This document shows, in pieces, positions 1 through 13,009 of a stretch of 64,000 nt of DNA; within the stretch, counting starts at the first letter, position 1, and each line of letters begins with the position of its first letter. The notes beneath the pieces were generated by a model, which was not told the DNA's origin, made no database searches, and saw only the letters and a list, made by a program, of their open reading frames with translations. Both the position numbers and the translations under genes were made by a program. Location of the stretch: positions 12,028,001 to 12,092,000 of the forward strand of contig CM106586.1 in NCBI GenBank assembly GCA_048013815.1. The letters are read 5' to 3'. Source of the DNA: Setoptus koraiensis. Lineage: Eukaryota; Animalia; Arthropoda.

Positions 1-502
1 ATAGTTGGTTTAATAGCGATACTAGTCCAATAGTGGAAGTTGTGCTGATTGTCATTAGTGGTCAGCTTGTTATTGTCGTCCTCATGGGGTTCTCGAGCAT
101 TCACGCCAACAATTGTTGTTCAGTTCAATTTAGTTCGTTCGCACCATCAAACTAGCACTGTTTGTCTCACCATCATAATGTCATCATCAATAGCTAAAAC
201 AAATCGAACGAGAACTGTATCGATATTTTGCGACCAACAGCAATTACCTAGACGTCAGCATAACAACAACAACAACAACAACAACATTTATTACTAAACT
301 CACAAACTATTTGAATATTCACAATTGACATTCACGCAAACATCGCTTGACAACACAGATATCATCATATCATCAGATCATATCCAGATATTCTGGCAAG
401 TCACAAAACACACAACATCAACAACAGCCACAACAACAACAAGCACGACGTACAACCGGAAACGTAGGAAACAAAATTACTAACAAAATAACCCTCACAA
501 AA

Positions 503-754
503 ATGGTACATTCAAATTCTCATCACGTTAACTTTAGAAGCAATAAGATTGCCATCAGTTTTATATTGTTAATAGTTATATCATATACAGTTTTAAATTC
601 TACAATGATAACAGTCGCAAATGGGGAGGAATTTGATAAAGAATGTTTTGATAAATGCACCAACGCGTGCAGGCCCGCCAAAAGTCAATCACCTGATGAA
701 AGAAGAACAAGAATAACGTGTTGGAGTTCCTGTACGGCGGTTTGTCTAAGGTGA
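503..754 (+). CDS. Small secreted cysteine-rich peptide (83 aa), CX3CX3C-X16-CX3CX3C
   Basis: The track ORF 347..754 starts at a TTG; the first in-frame ATG is at 503. Hydrophobic stretch IAISFILLIVISYTVL, a plausible cleavage after VANG, then EEFDKECFDKCTNACRPAKSQSPDERRTRITCWSSCTAVCLR with six regularly spaced Cys. Confidence 0.55.
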   Translation: MVHSNSHHVNFRSNKIAISFILLIVISYTVLNSTMITVANGEEFDKECFDKCTNACRPAKSQSPDERRTRITCWSSCTAVCLR

Positions 755-1057
755 CCCCAAGCTAATACACAAATTCGTACTATTAAAACGACAAATGAGA
801 TCAACGGCGCGCAAATTTTATGTATATGTATAATAATATCTATCATAAAATATAAATCTTCTCACATACGCTCACATATTTCCATGTATATAAACACCTT
901 TATCGAATCACAATTTTGATAAGCAATTATCAGTATTACAATATATAAATTATTAAAAAATATGATATGATTATTTTTATTTAATTCATCAATTGATTTA
1001 CATATATAATTTTAATATCATCAATTTTAAATCAATAATATTACTAGCTACTATCTA

Positions 1058-2968
1058 TTACCTTCGCAAGTCTAAAACAAATACTGATCCATCAGCCGCT
1101 GAGGCACCGACTTTGTCACCTCGCGAATTCCAACATACTTCGAATATACCTGAAGTTCCTTTGAAAGTATTTGTTAACTGGCCAGTATCTGTGGACCAAA
1201 TGTGAACGCATTTGTCAAACGAACCGCTGGCCAAATATTTACCGTCAGGGCTGAATGCGACACTATATACTGGCTCCGTATGCCTTGTCAATGTATATAG
1301 GCATCTACCATGTTCAACCTCCCATAATCGAACGGTTGAATCAAATGAGGCACTGGCTAAAACAAGATTCCTATTTGGATTATTTGTGCCTGGTCCGGTT
1401 GGGCTCCATTTAATAGTGTAAATTTCTTTCTCGTGTGCTCTGAGGTCGTGAATACAATTGTCCTGTTTGGGGCTCCATATTTTTAAGCTTTTGTCATCAC
1501 TACACGAAGCTAATAAATTACCTTGTGGATCCCATTTAATAGCGTTGACCTCATTGCTGTGACCTGTGAATGTCTTTATCGGAGCGTCTTGGCCCAATTT
1601 ACATATATGTATGCACTGATCGGTGGAACAGGAGGCAAAACTATTATTTGTTTGCCAGTCAACATCTAAGGCTGGGGCAGTATGGAAGCTAAATTGTTGA
1701 TGAGCTTCTCCAGTAGCTGAGTCCCAGATTATAGTTGTTTTATCCACACCGGCACTCAGAATGTAATTGCCCCTTTTGTTCCATTTTAGGGCAAATATTG
1801 GACCTTTATGTTGGCCTAATGTGGACACTAATTCACCATTACGCGACCAAATCCTGGCATAGCCATCATAGGAGCCTGTCGCTAATAGTGTACCAGCAGA
1901 ATTCCAGTCTAATGATGTAACATCCTTGTTAGAAGGCACTTGTGTACCACCCTGTTGTATACAATGTCTTAATTCAAGATGATTGACACCAGGTTGATTT
2001 TCATGAATGTTCCATATTCTAGCTGTGGAATCGCCAGAGCCTGACGCTAATAGATCATCAGTTGGATTCCAAGCACAAATGAAAACTTCTGATTCGTGTC
2101 CTTGTAATACTAAGGACCTTTCAGGTGGTATTAATAAGAGTTCAATATCATGAGTTGCTTGGTTATTGCCAGAGTGATTGAATCTTCCATGGGCATTAGA
2201 AGTATTTGAACTATTTGGACCGTTATTAGTCATGTTTCCAGGGGCGTTTGGTTGGAATTGATTATTATTTGTGTTAGCGTGATTTGAATTATTTTGTTGT
2301 TGTTGTTGTTGATTTGTAATAGTTTGGTTCTGTTGTTGATTGGCGCTGTTAGCATTTGTAACTGCATTGGATGTGTTATTACTTGTGACACTGCTGTTAT
2401 TATTTTGAATACTATTACTATCTTTGCCGCCGTTATCACCTGAGCCATTATGTAAGGGATTATCGGAGGTGGCATTATGTTGTTGTCTGTTGTTGATTGT
2501 ATTATTATTGTTGTTGTTATTAGGATTGTTGTTATTATTATTATTATTATTACTACTGCTACTACTATTAGAGACAGCTGAGGCGGAGTTGATATTATTT
2601 TGTCCCGATTGTGCTGAGGCTGGTGTGAATGTTGTAGTTGTGGTTGCTGAAGTTGATGACGATTGGTTTGTTCGTTGAGCCTGTTGCTGTTGTCTTTGGG
2701 CAACTACTTCGGGCATGACAGCATCAATCAATGATAATGATTCAATATAACGCTCTGATCCATCCTCGCCGACACTTATTTCGGCTTCGGTATATTGAAG
2801 GCCCTTTTGTATAATGTTTAATAAAGCCGCCGGCGGTATAGAGGCGCCATTAATATTACTTTGCGCTATGTGTGACTCAATTCCAAATGTGTAGGCTGAA
2901 TGAGTGAAACCAGATTCCTGTAAGTATCTGTATACCAAGAAATTAACTTCGTCGCTGGTGAAGCTCAT
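1058..2968 (-). CDS. TBL1XR1: TBL1/TBL1XR1 (ebi) LisH-WD40 corepressor subunit, 636 aa, intronless
   Basis: N-terminus [32 protein letters not shown] (LisH). WD40 repeats include [24 protein letters not shown] and [14 protein letters not shown]-rich linker between the two regions. Confidence 0.97.
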   Translation of the reverse strand: MSFTSDEVNFLVYRYLQESGFTHSAYTFGIESHIAQSNINGASIPPAALLNIIQKGLQYTEAEISVGEDGSERYIESLSLIDAVMPEVVAQRQQQQAQRTNQSSSTSATTTTTFTPASAQSGQNNINSASAVSNSSSSSNNNNNNNNNPNNNNNNNTINNRQQHNATSDNPLHNGSGDNGGKDSNSIQNNNSSVTSNNTSNAVTNANSANQQQNQTITNQQQQQQNNSNHANTNNNQFQPNAPGNMTNNGPNSSNTSNAHGRFNHSGNNQATHDIELLLIPPERSLVLQGHESEVFICAWNPTDDLLASGSGDSTARIWNIHENQPGVNHLELRHCIQQGGTQVPSNKDVTSLDWNSAGTLLATGSYDGYARIWSRNGELVSTLGQHKGPIFALKWNKRGNYILSAGVDKTTIIWDSATGEAHQQFSFHTAPALDVDWQTNNSFASCSTDQCIHICKLGQDAPIKTFTGHSNEVNAIKWDPQGNLLASCSDDKSLKIWSPKQDNCIHDLRAHEKEIYTIKWSPTGPGTNNPNRNLVLASASFDSTVRLWEVEHGRCLYTLTRHTEPVYSVAFSPDGKYLASGSFDKCVHIWSTDTGQLTNTFKGTSGIFEVCWNSRGDKVGASAADGSVFVLDLRR

Positions 2969-3739
2969 GACGACGATGACGAATGGGGTATTAGAATTTG
3001 GCTAATATGTAATGTTATGTTCGTGTATTATGGTTGTAATAAATGACGACTACCACAATGGTGATGATGATAATAATAATAGTTTTAGTAATAGGATAAA
3101 TAATATCATAGTATATCAACAATGATACAAGGATACATAGTTATACACTATAATATTATTATTTATCTTTTATCAAGTTTATTTCATGATGCTGGGAACA
3201 AAAGCGCAATTTACACAAAGCTCCTAGTCACTGATGATTGGTTGGTCCCTGTGCCATCCATCGGCAGTAGGCATATAGGCTGGCCCAAGGCAAATCAATG
3301 ATGGTACATGGTCTATAAAGCACACGCTCACCGCGCTGTGCTGCACAACAGCACAGAACGTCCGTCACACTCGCCGTGTGCCACCTTGGCCGTTATTGAT
3401 GTATGAGTAACACAAGTACAACGCATGCTTCAACATGTTACAATCTGTGCTGCCGCTGCCAAAATAAGTGCGTGTGTGAGTCAGAATGAGCGAAAATGAA
3501 TTACACTTTCAGCGTGTGCTTGTGTACGCTACATTTATGCCAATTTACCAGTGTGCTTGTGTACATTTTGCATTTGCTTCTAAAAATCTGCGCCAAATGA
3601 ATGCCACTGTGCATGTGCATGTGGTGGGCAAGTTTGCGGCATTTCGGTGGGGCGACACCTTTCGCTAGTTTTCGCTAATTTAAAGCGGGCGCCAAATTCG
3701 AACGGACGTTCGATTTTTTGTTCACTTTTTCTTGGCCGC

Positions 3740-3870
3740 TGCTGGCCGCAACCTGTCAAACTGACCTGTCAAACTTTTTGATCATAAACTGACAGTTGTT
3801 GTGTACTTGCGTCATACAACTGACAGTACGCGATACCGTGTGCTGGCCGCATTTTTGGGCCTGGCTGTCA
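3740..3870. promoter_or_regulatory. Cluster of five TGACAG/CTGTCA motifs with TGCTGGCCGCA direct repeats upstream of TBL1
   Basis: CTGTCA at 3753, 3766 and 3865; TGACAG at 3790 and 3821; 11-bp direct repeat at 3740 and 3841. TGACAG is the TALE-homeodomain (Meis/Hth, TGIF) consensus. Confidence 0.35.
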
Positions 3871-5011
3871 GGCCTGAAACAGGCCACAAATGAGCCCGCT
3901 TCAACTCAGGCGACGTAGAAGGCTCCGGCGAAGGATAGGCCGATCGCAATTAGGCAGCAAGGGCATGATTGTCGCTGCCGGCTCCACCAAACGGCCCGCT
4001 AAGACACTGTGATTGAAATGTTAGCCAATCACAAAATATTTGCATTGTGCGTAATTCTGTTTTGTTGTTTTAGGTTTGATGTTGCTTGCAGCAACTCTAC
4101 ACTAACAAGTAAAGTGTGTCTGTCAGGGCAGCACAGTTGTCTTTGACAGATGATGTAACCAAATGAAGGCACACCGTAAAGGAACAATGACACTGGCATT
4201 TCTCTCTCGCTCCTGTCTCATGCGGCATCACTCGTCGCCGCCAATGCATTGCGACTCACAATGCGCGTGGTTCTTTTCTCTCTCTTTCTCTCTCTGTCAT
4301 ATTCTGCTCTGACATGCCGTACAGTCGACTATCCGATACAGTACACAAACATTTTGTAAACTTCCAGTATTATGTAATGCACATGTAGTGTTTCAAGTGC
4401 ACAACTGTGTGTGATCAGAGCTCATTCCGAGCCACTAAAACAGTTTTGTGGCAGTGCAGCGACAAACGGATAACAACAATATTGCAGCGCCGAGCATCGT
4501 AATACTTGCGAAACGTTATAACGAAACCTATGTGTAGCCATAGACACCAATGGCAGCTCTCTATACATGTATATATATATATATCTCTATTTCTCTGGCT
4601 TTCACTGGCTGCTTGTTGTTGCGAATCGCTCACTATGTTTGCGATTGACTGACTGACTCATTTGCTCGTACAACAACACTGTCAGTGTTAGACGGCGAGG
4701 ATTACGCAATCGCAAAAGCATTCAAACTCACAAATTGCTGCAATGCAACAACAGCAGCAAATGGCCCTAGCAGTAGAAGTTTAGTTGCACAATCTGCCCC
4801 ACCGTCGCCATCACTACCGCAACTGGCACTACCACTACCACCGCCACCACTGCCTCTCCATCTACTACCGTGTATCGCGTTATGTAACTGTTGTAGTTGT
4901 TGTGTGAGCAGTAGTAGCTTGTGCCAGGTAGTATGTAGTCCATTCATGTGGCTTTTGTTCGGCTTAACATGTTGGTATACTAGGCGCTCACTCTCAGTGA
5001 AGCCTTGTACA

Positions 5012-5042
<31 letters not shown>

Positions 5043-5525
5043 GCGGCCCTCTTCGTATTGCATTATTTTCCTCGGAACAACTCTATGCACTCCATATTCG
5101 ACACAGTCTGTCTCTACTGGGCCCACAGTGACTTTTGTGCGCCGTGTGCAGTATTTGCACAAAATATTGATTCGAAAAGAACAGAGCGACGAGAATCACA
5201 GTTGATATTGGTGTGTCCTCAACAATTCACAGCCCGAAACAGAACAGATCACCACAAATTACGCACACACGAAACGCGCCCCCACGAATCAACACACTCG
5301 CTCACACTGTGTGTCACACTGGATATTATCATAGTCAGAGACCATCCTTTTTACCATCATTTCTTTTTTGTCATTATTTAAATTATATTATCTCATGGCA
5401 GTATAATTATACAAACACAATCACTTCACCTTGCAGTCGACGCATCGTTCGCCTCCATTCACAACACACTGCCACACAAAGGCCCACACCAACGACCACC
5501 ACCCATCAATCAGACACATTACGTA

Positions 5526-5560
<35 letters not shown>

Positions 5561-6394
5561 ATACCTTGTTACTGGCATTCACGTATTGTACCATTACAAC
5601 CATTCGTCGATTAGATAATTGAAAGGCCCTCTTCATTCGTCGTCCGAGGCAACGGCAAGAACAACCAGCGACAAGTTTTTTAAACCCAGCTTATCACCTA
5701 CTCCAATTGATTGTGTGTAGCAGTATTAATTAGCGACACATTTCTGATGTCTGATTCTGCTCTCAGACCATTGGTGTGTGTTTGCTAATTGGACTCACTA
5801 AATGACACTCACAACCTTTCTGAGTGGGTGATTCTTTGTACGGGTTGATATCAGCTCTGAAGTTCACATAATATGTTAACAATGCAATTTATTGGTAAAA
5901 TTCTCTTTCTCTATTCTGGTGGTGTGTTTACATGACATTTATAATTTGACAATCTTAACAGACCCTCGTAGGTGGTGAGCGCGTCAAAACTGAAGCGAGT
6001 GGCCAACGAGAAACGGGACAAGACAATTTGAGAATTTGATAAGAGAATGAGATCCTTGAGAAGGCAACATTGTTTCTCGGAATAACGAGCAAACGGTCAT
6101 TCAGTCGGTCAGCAGCGGATGTGCACGATCGCAAAGGTGAGCATTAGTCCCAACTGTCTCTCTGTTATCTAACTAGTATAACGTAAATATATAATAGTCA
6201 TAATAATAATAATATTAATAATAATAATTAATAATAATATTCCATAACATTAGGCCAAGGCGCGCTAGTAACGGGGCCTGTCCGTGTTCGTTGGGCTCCT
6301 CGCAGATAATAAAAACAATTAAACTAGTTTGTGTGTGTGTGTTTCCTGTTGCCACACTCCAAATTTTGTGCGTGTGGGTGTGAAACCAATTAGC

Positions 6395-6429
<35 letters not shown>

Positions 6430-6441
6430 TAGCTATACATA

Positions 6442-7157
6442 TTACAATTTTTTAACAAACACATATTTGTAATTGTCTAAAATGAACGCTGTGAAATAGT
6501 TGATACTGGCCGCCGACTCCAGTGTTAGGCCGTAATTTTTTGACCACAACAAATTGGGCCCGAAAACAATGGCCAAATTGGAGGCGGTCATCTTATTGAA
6601 GTCTTTCCTATCTAATATTTTAACCAAAAATTCAAATATAAACTTGAGCAGTTTATAATTATCATCTGGCAATCTCCTGGACACGATAGTTTTAGCTAAG
6701 TCCAATTTGGTGCTAGCGCCAGACGAGCTTGAGCTCGATGACGACCTGTTTTGTTTTGTGCAGTCGATTGTGTCATTGTTGTCGTTGTGTGCGTTGCTCG
6801 AGCCAAACGACTTAAACTCCAAAATATCCTGATAGAGGCCAAATGTCAAAAGGGGCTCCTCAAGTTCGCGTAGGAACGTCTTTAAGATGACAGCGGCCAC
6901 ATGAACGGCCTGTTCGCCGTATTCATCGAAATTAACCTCTTCGCCACTGTTGAACAATTCTTGGACAGTTTGAACAGTTTTTGTGTTGGCCGAACGCCTG
7001 AACAATCCCTCTGTTTGCATTGCGTTTTCGTTGCTCAAATAATCAATGGTGTGCTTAATGACTCTTGGTATGACATTTCCGTTGTTGTGATCCTTGATAA
7101 ATTTCAATGACACATGGAATTGTTGCGAATCAAGACGCCTGTGCCAAGTGGAAGAGG
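6442..7157 (-). CDS. ARHGAP1: ARHGAP1/Cdc42GAP (RhoGAP68F-like) exon 4: RhoGAP domain and stop
   Basis: QQFHVSL, TEGLFRRSA (arginine finger), AVILKTFLRELEEPLLTF and NKMTASNLAIVFGPNLLW. The only phase-compatible acceptor is AAAG at 7159-7158, so this boundary is the least certain. Confidence 0.88.
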
Positions 7158-7812
7158 CTTTTGAGGTGACATTGTTGGTGATGGCGGTTGAGGCAGTGCA
7201 AAGCGACGAGAGAATCATGGTTAGTTATGTAATAAGTAGTCTTAATTAAGTGTCTAAGGAATGTGTGTGTGTGTGAGTGTCGGCGGGACAAAAGTCGAAT
7301 GACTACCGACAGGCCAATTATGCAAATCATCACCAGTCTGCGATCACCGCCAGACGATTGGCCACAAATGGCTGGCTGCCCGGATAACACAATGATAATA
7401 TGCTGTTGTCGTCTCGATCGTTCAACCAGCTCCAGAGCAGACAGACAGACAGAGAAAGAGATCTTCCGCTCTCTTTCGACACACAAACCGCTCGACTTGG
7501 GACGAACGTAGCCAGTTAGGTATTGCACAAGATTGTTGAGATTGTTTGTATCAGTTGCGATCAATTGCAACCGCCCGCAACTTGCGTATGGCCCGATCAA
7601 TGTTATCTTGTTGTTGTTATCTTGTGATGTTGTTGTTGTTTGTGTGTAACACACACACACACACACACAATAACACAAAATAACACGAAATAACAAAATA
7701 ACAGGTTACGTAACAGGTCGACGAGACTGCAGTGAGGAGTGAGCTATAATAATAATAATAACGCGGCGATGAGACGAGGACAGGTCGACTTTTGAAGTTG
7801 AGAAATACTTAC

Positions 7813-7883
7813 GCTGTATCGCCGGCTTGCTGTACAGCCAGCTGGATTTTCTCTGTACCTGGTCCAGTAATCGCTTATCATGC
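7813..7883 (-). CDS. ARHGAP1: ARHGAP1 exon 3 (71 nt; (E)HDKRLLDQVQRKSSWLYSKPAIQ)
   Basis: Flanked by CTAATCTCTCAG and GTAAGT. Phases match exons 2 and 4, and splicing recreates VLEHD. Confidence 0.8.
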
Positions 7884-8878
7884 CTGAGAGATTAGTTTTA
7901 GTTTTTTGGTTTTTCAGTTTGTTGTGTGCATTTTGTGTTCCGTTTGGCGTCGCCGTCGTCGTGGTCGTCGTCGGTGTATCAAGTTGTTGTTGCCGGTCGT
8001 GCAGACACGACAAACAGCGACAGTGGACACAGGTCATTACGGTGCAGGTGGGGGAGTCGTTGTATCAAGGTTTAAAAAGGTTCAAGTGTGTGTTTGTTGA
8101 GCATTTTATTATTTGCATGTAGCCGGCCAGCGCCAGACGTTGCCAGATTAGATAGAGTCGGTAATAATTATACCAATGGTGTCCGGTAATCGTTGTTGTT
8201 GCAAGTGTCGAGATAGGAGATGGTGCGAGATTGTTTTCAAGATTGTTAGAGAGATATTGTCAGATCGCAGTTGTGTGAGTATTGTTGTTGTATTCATTGG
8301 AACGAGGCAATGAAGGGGAGAATTGATGCAAGCATGGCGATGCAATGCAATGAACAAAAACGAAACGAAACCAAACCAAATGAGACGACGAGAGGCAACG
8401 CGGCAGCGTCATTGTTGCGGTTGTGGTAATCGGCCGTTGTTGTTGGTTGGCCCAATGACAACAACGACAACAACCGAACGACGAGAATGAATCAATTAGA
8501 ATCAAAAAGAATCGGACACGAATGCACGGCATGATTGATATGGCGTGGGAGTGCAACTAACACAACGTGCTCAATGTCTAGCCAACGAGCGGTTGATCAG
8601 ATCAGAATCACCGACACTAACGAACAACAACAACGTCGCGCATTATATCACACGGATAACAATCTATCTGCTTGTTGTTGGCAGTGAAGTGGCAGCAACA
8701 CACTTGCGTCGGACAGATAATTAATGGTCACACTATTACGCAACAGCAAAGTACCGTTGTGATAGGCATGTTGCGTCCAATGGTGCGGGTTGCGCACCAA
8801 ACAAACATATGATTTGTTTATTGGAGCCATTAATCACACTTAATGGCTTCACCTGTGTCGTTGTAGTTGCTCTTAGTT

Positions 8879-8909
<31 letters not shown>

Positions 8910-9035
8910 CCATCACTACCAATAGCGATAAACTGATGTGAGCTGCGACTGCAACTGTCTTGTCAACATGCCCCGCAACACAAACTGAATTTACAGTTAG
9001 CTCAGGTGAGCTGGCAAGTGATCTTTTTTCGCTCA

Positions 9036-9085
9036 CCATGATTCGCCATGATTCGCTATTATTCACCATGGTTCACTATGATTCG
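9036..9085 (+). repeat. 10-bp minisatellite (CCATGATTCG)x5, degenerate, in ARHGAP1 intron 2
   Basis: ccatgattcg ccatgattcg ctattattca ccatggttca ctatgattcg. Confidence 0.75.
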
Positions 9086-11811
9086 GTCAACATGAGTTGC
9101 ACCACTATTGCAATTATTGCAAGCAGTAGTTGGCAGCCGATAAAGACAAAGACTCATTGCCGCTGCTACCACTGACCCTCACATAATCTCGTCGTCTAGT
9201 CCATATAGGCAAAGGTAACAACAACAGGTTGCTGCTGCTTTATCGGTGCTCCAATTGAAATCGAAATGTTCAATTGTGCGCTATTCTTTCTAGATGCAGT
9301 CTCTTCCTGATGATTACACACAACTCACATAGAGGAACACTTACAGTTACCTGGCTGCGATAACGGTTGCCACCATTACTTTCTTTTTAACTATTGCTGG
9401 TCACACACACTGGCACAGGTAGACAGCATTTTTTTTTCTCTTTCTCTCTCTCTCTCTCGCTTTCTATGAGACTTTCCAACCAACACACTGCTGTATACAG
9501 TTAAACGCTTTTCCAAACAATCTAACAGAAACAACAACGACAATAGCGCCGCTATAATGCTGCCGACACCAATAATAACAAGCGAATAACGAATAGAACG
9601 GCCTGAGAATGAGCAGTCAATCTGTGTATCTCTTTCGTTGTCTCAACCACAACAAGTGGTATCAGTGGTTGGTGCCACATAACAAAGTGAGACGCTGCAG
9701 GTAACGCTGCTGTCTTGATGTGACAAGTCATCATGATGATACAGCGGCGACCTGTCGCTGTTGTTGCCCACAATTGCGTTTCGGCTCAAAATAGACAGGC
9801 CCTATGAAAGCGTATCGAAGACGGTTACACTGCTGCTCTCTAGCTACAGGCCCAGATGGACGGCCGAAACTAAAAATGAGACACACTACGAAAGTGATCT
9901 CTGCCACAGAGAATTGATCTCTCTCTCTGGCAGAATTATTATCCAGCCAGATACAGCTAGCGGCGGCTACACTCAAGCTGACCAACTGACCCCAACCTGA
10001 TCATGATGCAGTCACTCAAATTGTGTTGGTGTGATGGTATCTTGATATCTCTTGACTGCACTCTCTGTTTATTGTCAATAATTGCCGAGTATGTGTGTTC
10101 AAGACGGCTGAGAAAAGAATCGTGATTAATCTCAAATTATGTTGAGAAGCAAAACACTCCATCCATGCTGCTACTCGTCAGATTATATCAGTTATGAGCA
10201 ACTGACCGCCGATCGCTTGACAGACAACAACAATGATAACACACACACACGTCAACGTTATCAATCATTTTGTCAATTACATAATAATAAAAATAAAAAA
10301 ATATCTAATAATACTAATGATAATAAAGAACAACGGACACTTGCACAATCATGTGGTCATATCCTCTACAATGGCCATACGACAATTGGCTAGCTGTTGG
10401 CCGGGTGTCAGATCAATTAACGCATAGCCAGGCATAAAAGAATTATGACCATGATGATGATGCAAATATCTGGCTATTCTTTATGATTGAAAGGCGATTG
10501 TTCTAGCCACTGTGTCCACACTATCCAATAATGGATTTGCACAACATGATTAGATCGTTACAGGTGATGGTACTCGAAGAGAATGCTCATTACATCATAT
10601 AGCCACACATAATGCTCTCTTGTCACTTTATGTGCATTGTCGCCACCGATAAAGTAACGAAAAGTTATACGAGAAAAGAAAAAGAATCCATCCAATGTTA
10701 CGTAACTTATTATGTTACGTAACTATTGGTGGTTTGAGTAGAATAACTAGAAATGCTGGTGGTTAAGAGCTCTGTGTCGACTGTTTGTGTGCCTATGTGG
10801 CACCAATCGATGATGATGGCGTTCTAGTTGGACTGCTCAAAAAGTACTTTAATGTCGCCATTGTTGTCTCTTTTCTTTTGACGTATTCTTTCGCAAGATT
10901 CTCTCTCTCTCTCTCTCTCTCTCTACCTCTCTTTTCATATTCTCGCTTCTTTTATAAAACCAATCGAGAGCAAAATGATGATTCAATGTGTAGCAGCCGG
11001 TATACGTCAGGTGAACAACGTACACTCTTATATAACATATAATATTACAAAAGCTACAAGTTGAATGACATTAAACTTGTCGGCCCAATCAATTTAGCAG
11101 TGCTGGTGGCTCTATTCACATTCACTGGTCAATGAACCTAGGTTTTCTGTTCAGAATCTTTTCATTTTCCTTATCCTTACAAATACAATAGCAATGAATG
11201 AGCAAGATAAGAAAAAGAAAAAAGAGTCTATATCTCAAACAACATGTTACATTATTAACGTATCATGGATTTTAAGATCATCGCCGTACCTCATATGCAT
11301 AATAGTTACATACGATGATACCAGCAACAATAATTGTGTTTCGGTCTTTTCAAGTCTACTTTAGTCAGTTATATGTGATGACAACAAACTCACAGCCATC
11401 AATTGTGTGGCAAATCAGAGTTTAATACGAAACATATATTGATTCTCTCTTGCCCTCTGTAATTGTAATGCTTTTAGTCATAATAATAGTAATAATTTAG
11501 TAATAATAATAACAAGTTTGTTTAGATGAGCACTATCAACAGCCAAATAAACTTATTATTAGCCTTATTCTGGGGCCGTTGTTTGATAAGCTACCTTCGA
11601 TCAATTGATAATCAGGCTAATGATAGCTTACATCTGCTTCAGCAACACAACAATAATACCGAAGAATATTGTCGACCAATGAGAAGAAACTCGGTGTCTA
11701 TTGTTGGAATGTCTCTCATTTAGCAACTTTGGCCAATAAACTAAGACCGTCATTTATCAAACAACAACTAAAGCTAGATTGCGACCATCAGACAATTAGA
11801 TTGGTACTCAC

Positions 11812-11910
11812 TCTAATACTTGTTTTGGTATGAGCAATTTCTCCAATTGCATATACTGTTCCAGTTCATTCAGATAATTGACATAGCGCATCTTGCGTCC
11901 AAACTTGATG
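11812..11910 (-). CDS. ARHGAP1: ARHGAP1 exon 2 (99 nt; (S)IKFGRKMRYVNYLNELEQYMQLEKLLIPKQVL)
   Basis: Flanked by TTTTAG and GTGAGT. Continues the BCH/CRAL-TRIO domain (KFGxKxxYVNYLxEL) in phase 2. Absent from the ORF track. Confidence 0.9.
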
Positions 11911-13009
11911 CTAAAATGAGTTCAGGTAACATTTATGCAACAGTTTCCAAGTGCCATTACAGGAGAACAACGGTTATCCAGTCCAGATGTAAGTGTTGAT
12001 GGATGGGTGGCAAAAAGAGCAAGAGTACACGTAAGAATGGTTAGTAAAAAAACGAGAGAGATATTTACACAGTTATTAGTATGAATATTAAAAGCGTTTA
12101 GCTGTATCAATAGCCCTGTGCCAGGCCTTCGTTCCAGGCTGTTATTAAAAATAGGAACTGACAAGTCGACAATTGTTCATTTTTATCACGGTCACTAATC
12201 ATTAAGGGCTGGCTCTATTTTGCGCCATAGTTAGTATTAAGCGCGCAACTTTTTACACACTTTGCATGATCAGGGACCAACAACAATTATTCACTAATTG
12301 ATGGCTAAATAGTTTTGTTTTTTCTTCGTGCGAAGCCTGTGGCCGCCATTACTAAAAAGTTACTAAATAGTTGTTTTCAACTGAATGGTATATTTCCACT
12401 GGCTCACCTCTCCGAAGTTTCAACCAACCTAGAGTTGGTTTCTTTTTGTCGTTCCTTTGTTTGTTTTGTTATTGTTGTTTTTGCGTATAATTTTCTCTTT
12501 AAAACTTGCTATCATGCAATTACTGGCGGTTAATCGTTTTTATTTCATTCTTTTATATCGTTGTCGCAATTTGTCGCATGTACGTTTGTCTCTCTGTCTC
12601 TCTCTCCCCATGTTTCTTTCCTTCCTTCCTCAAATTAAACTATCTGCAATTGTTGATTGCGTAAGAACAAGTATCTCTGCAACGATTAATTTCTCGCCAT
12701 CTCGCTGCACACGCTTCATGTTCGCCTGCAACGAATGAATTTTAATGCTCATTTGTTGTCTAATGGGCTCCAACAATAAAAAAAAACACAGCATTATTAT
12801 TCGATACACGAACTGGGCAGATATCTGTCTGGTTGCTAGGTGATCATTGGCTGTCATTTTGCATCGGCACCAGTGCCATGGCTGGTTCTTTATGGGTGCG
12901 ACACGAGTCTTTATGGTTTGATTTACTGTTAGTTTTAGAGGCTCGTACGTGCTGGCGAGCCCTCAACAAAAAAAAACGATACAAAAATGCTCATGAATAA
13001 ACAACTCAC

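Larger units (their letters stand above)
4369..10723. promoter_or_regulatory. Dispersed RTTAYGTAAY (PAR-bZIP/NFIL3 D-box) sites, left non-coding domain (8 sites)
   Basis: 10-mers start at 4369, 4879, 5518, 7224, 7705, 10276, 10697 and 10714. Confidence 0.5.

Noticed and set aside
3890-4012. 40-aa Arg-rich ORF MSPLQLRRRRRLRRRIGRS...
   Set aside because: It is short, lies in a GC-richer promoter-like patch and has no independent support.
3486-6400. Short ORFs and possible plus-strand exons (e.g. IIERPSSFVVRGNGKNNQRQVF*, VVSASKLKRVANEKRDKTI*)
   Set aside because: No consistent exon chain or homology could be built.
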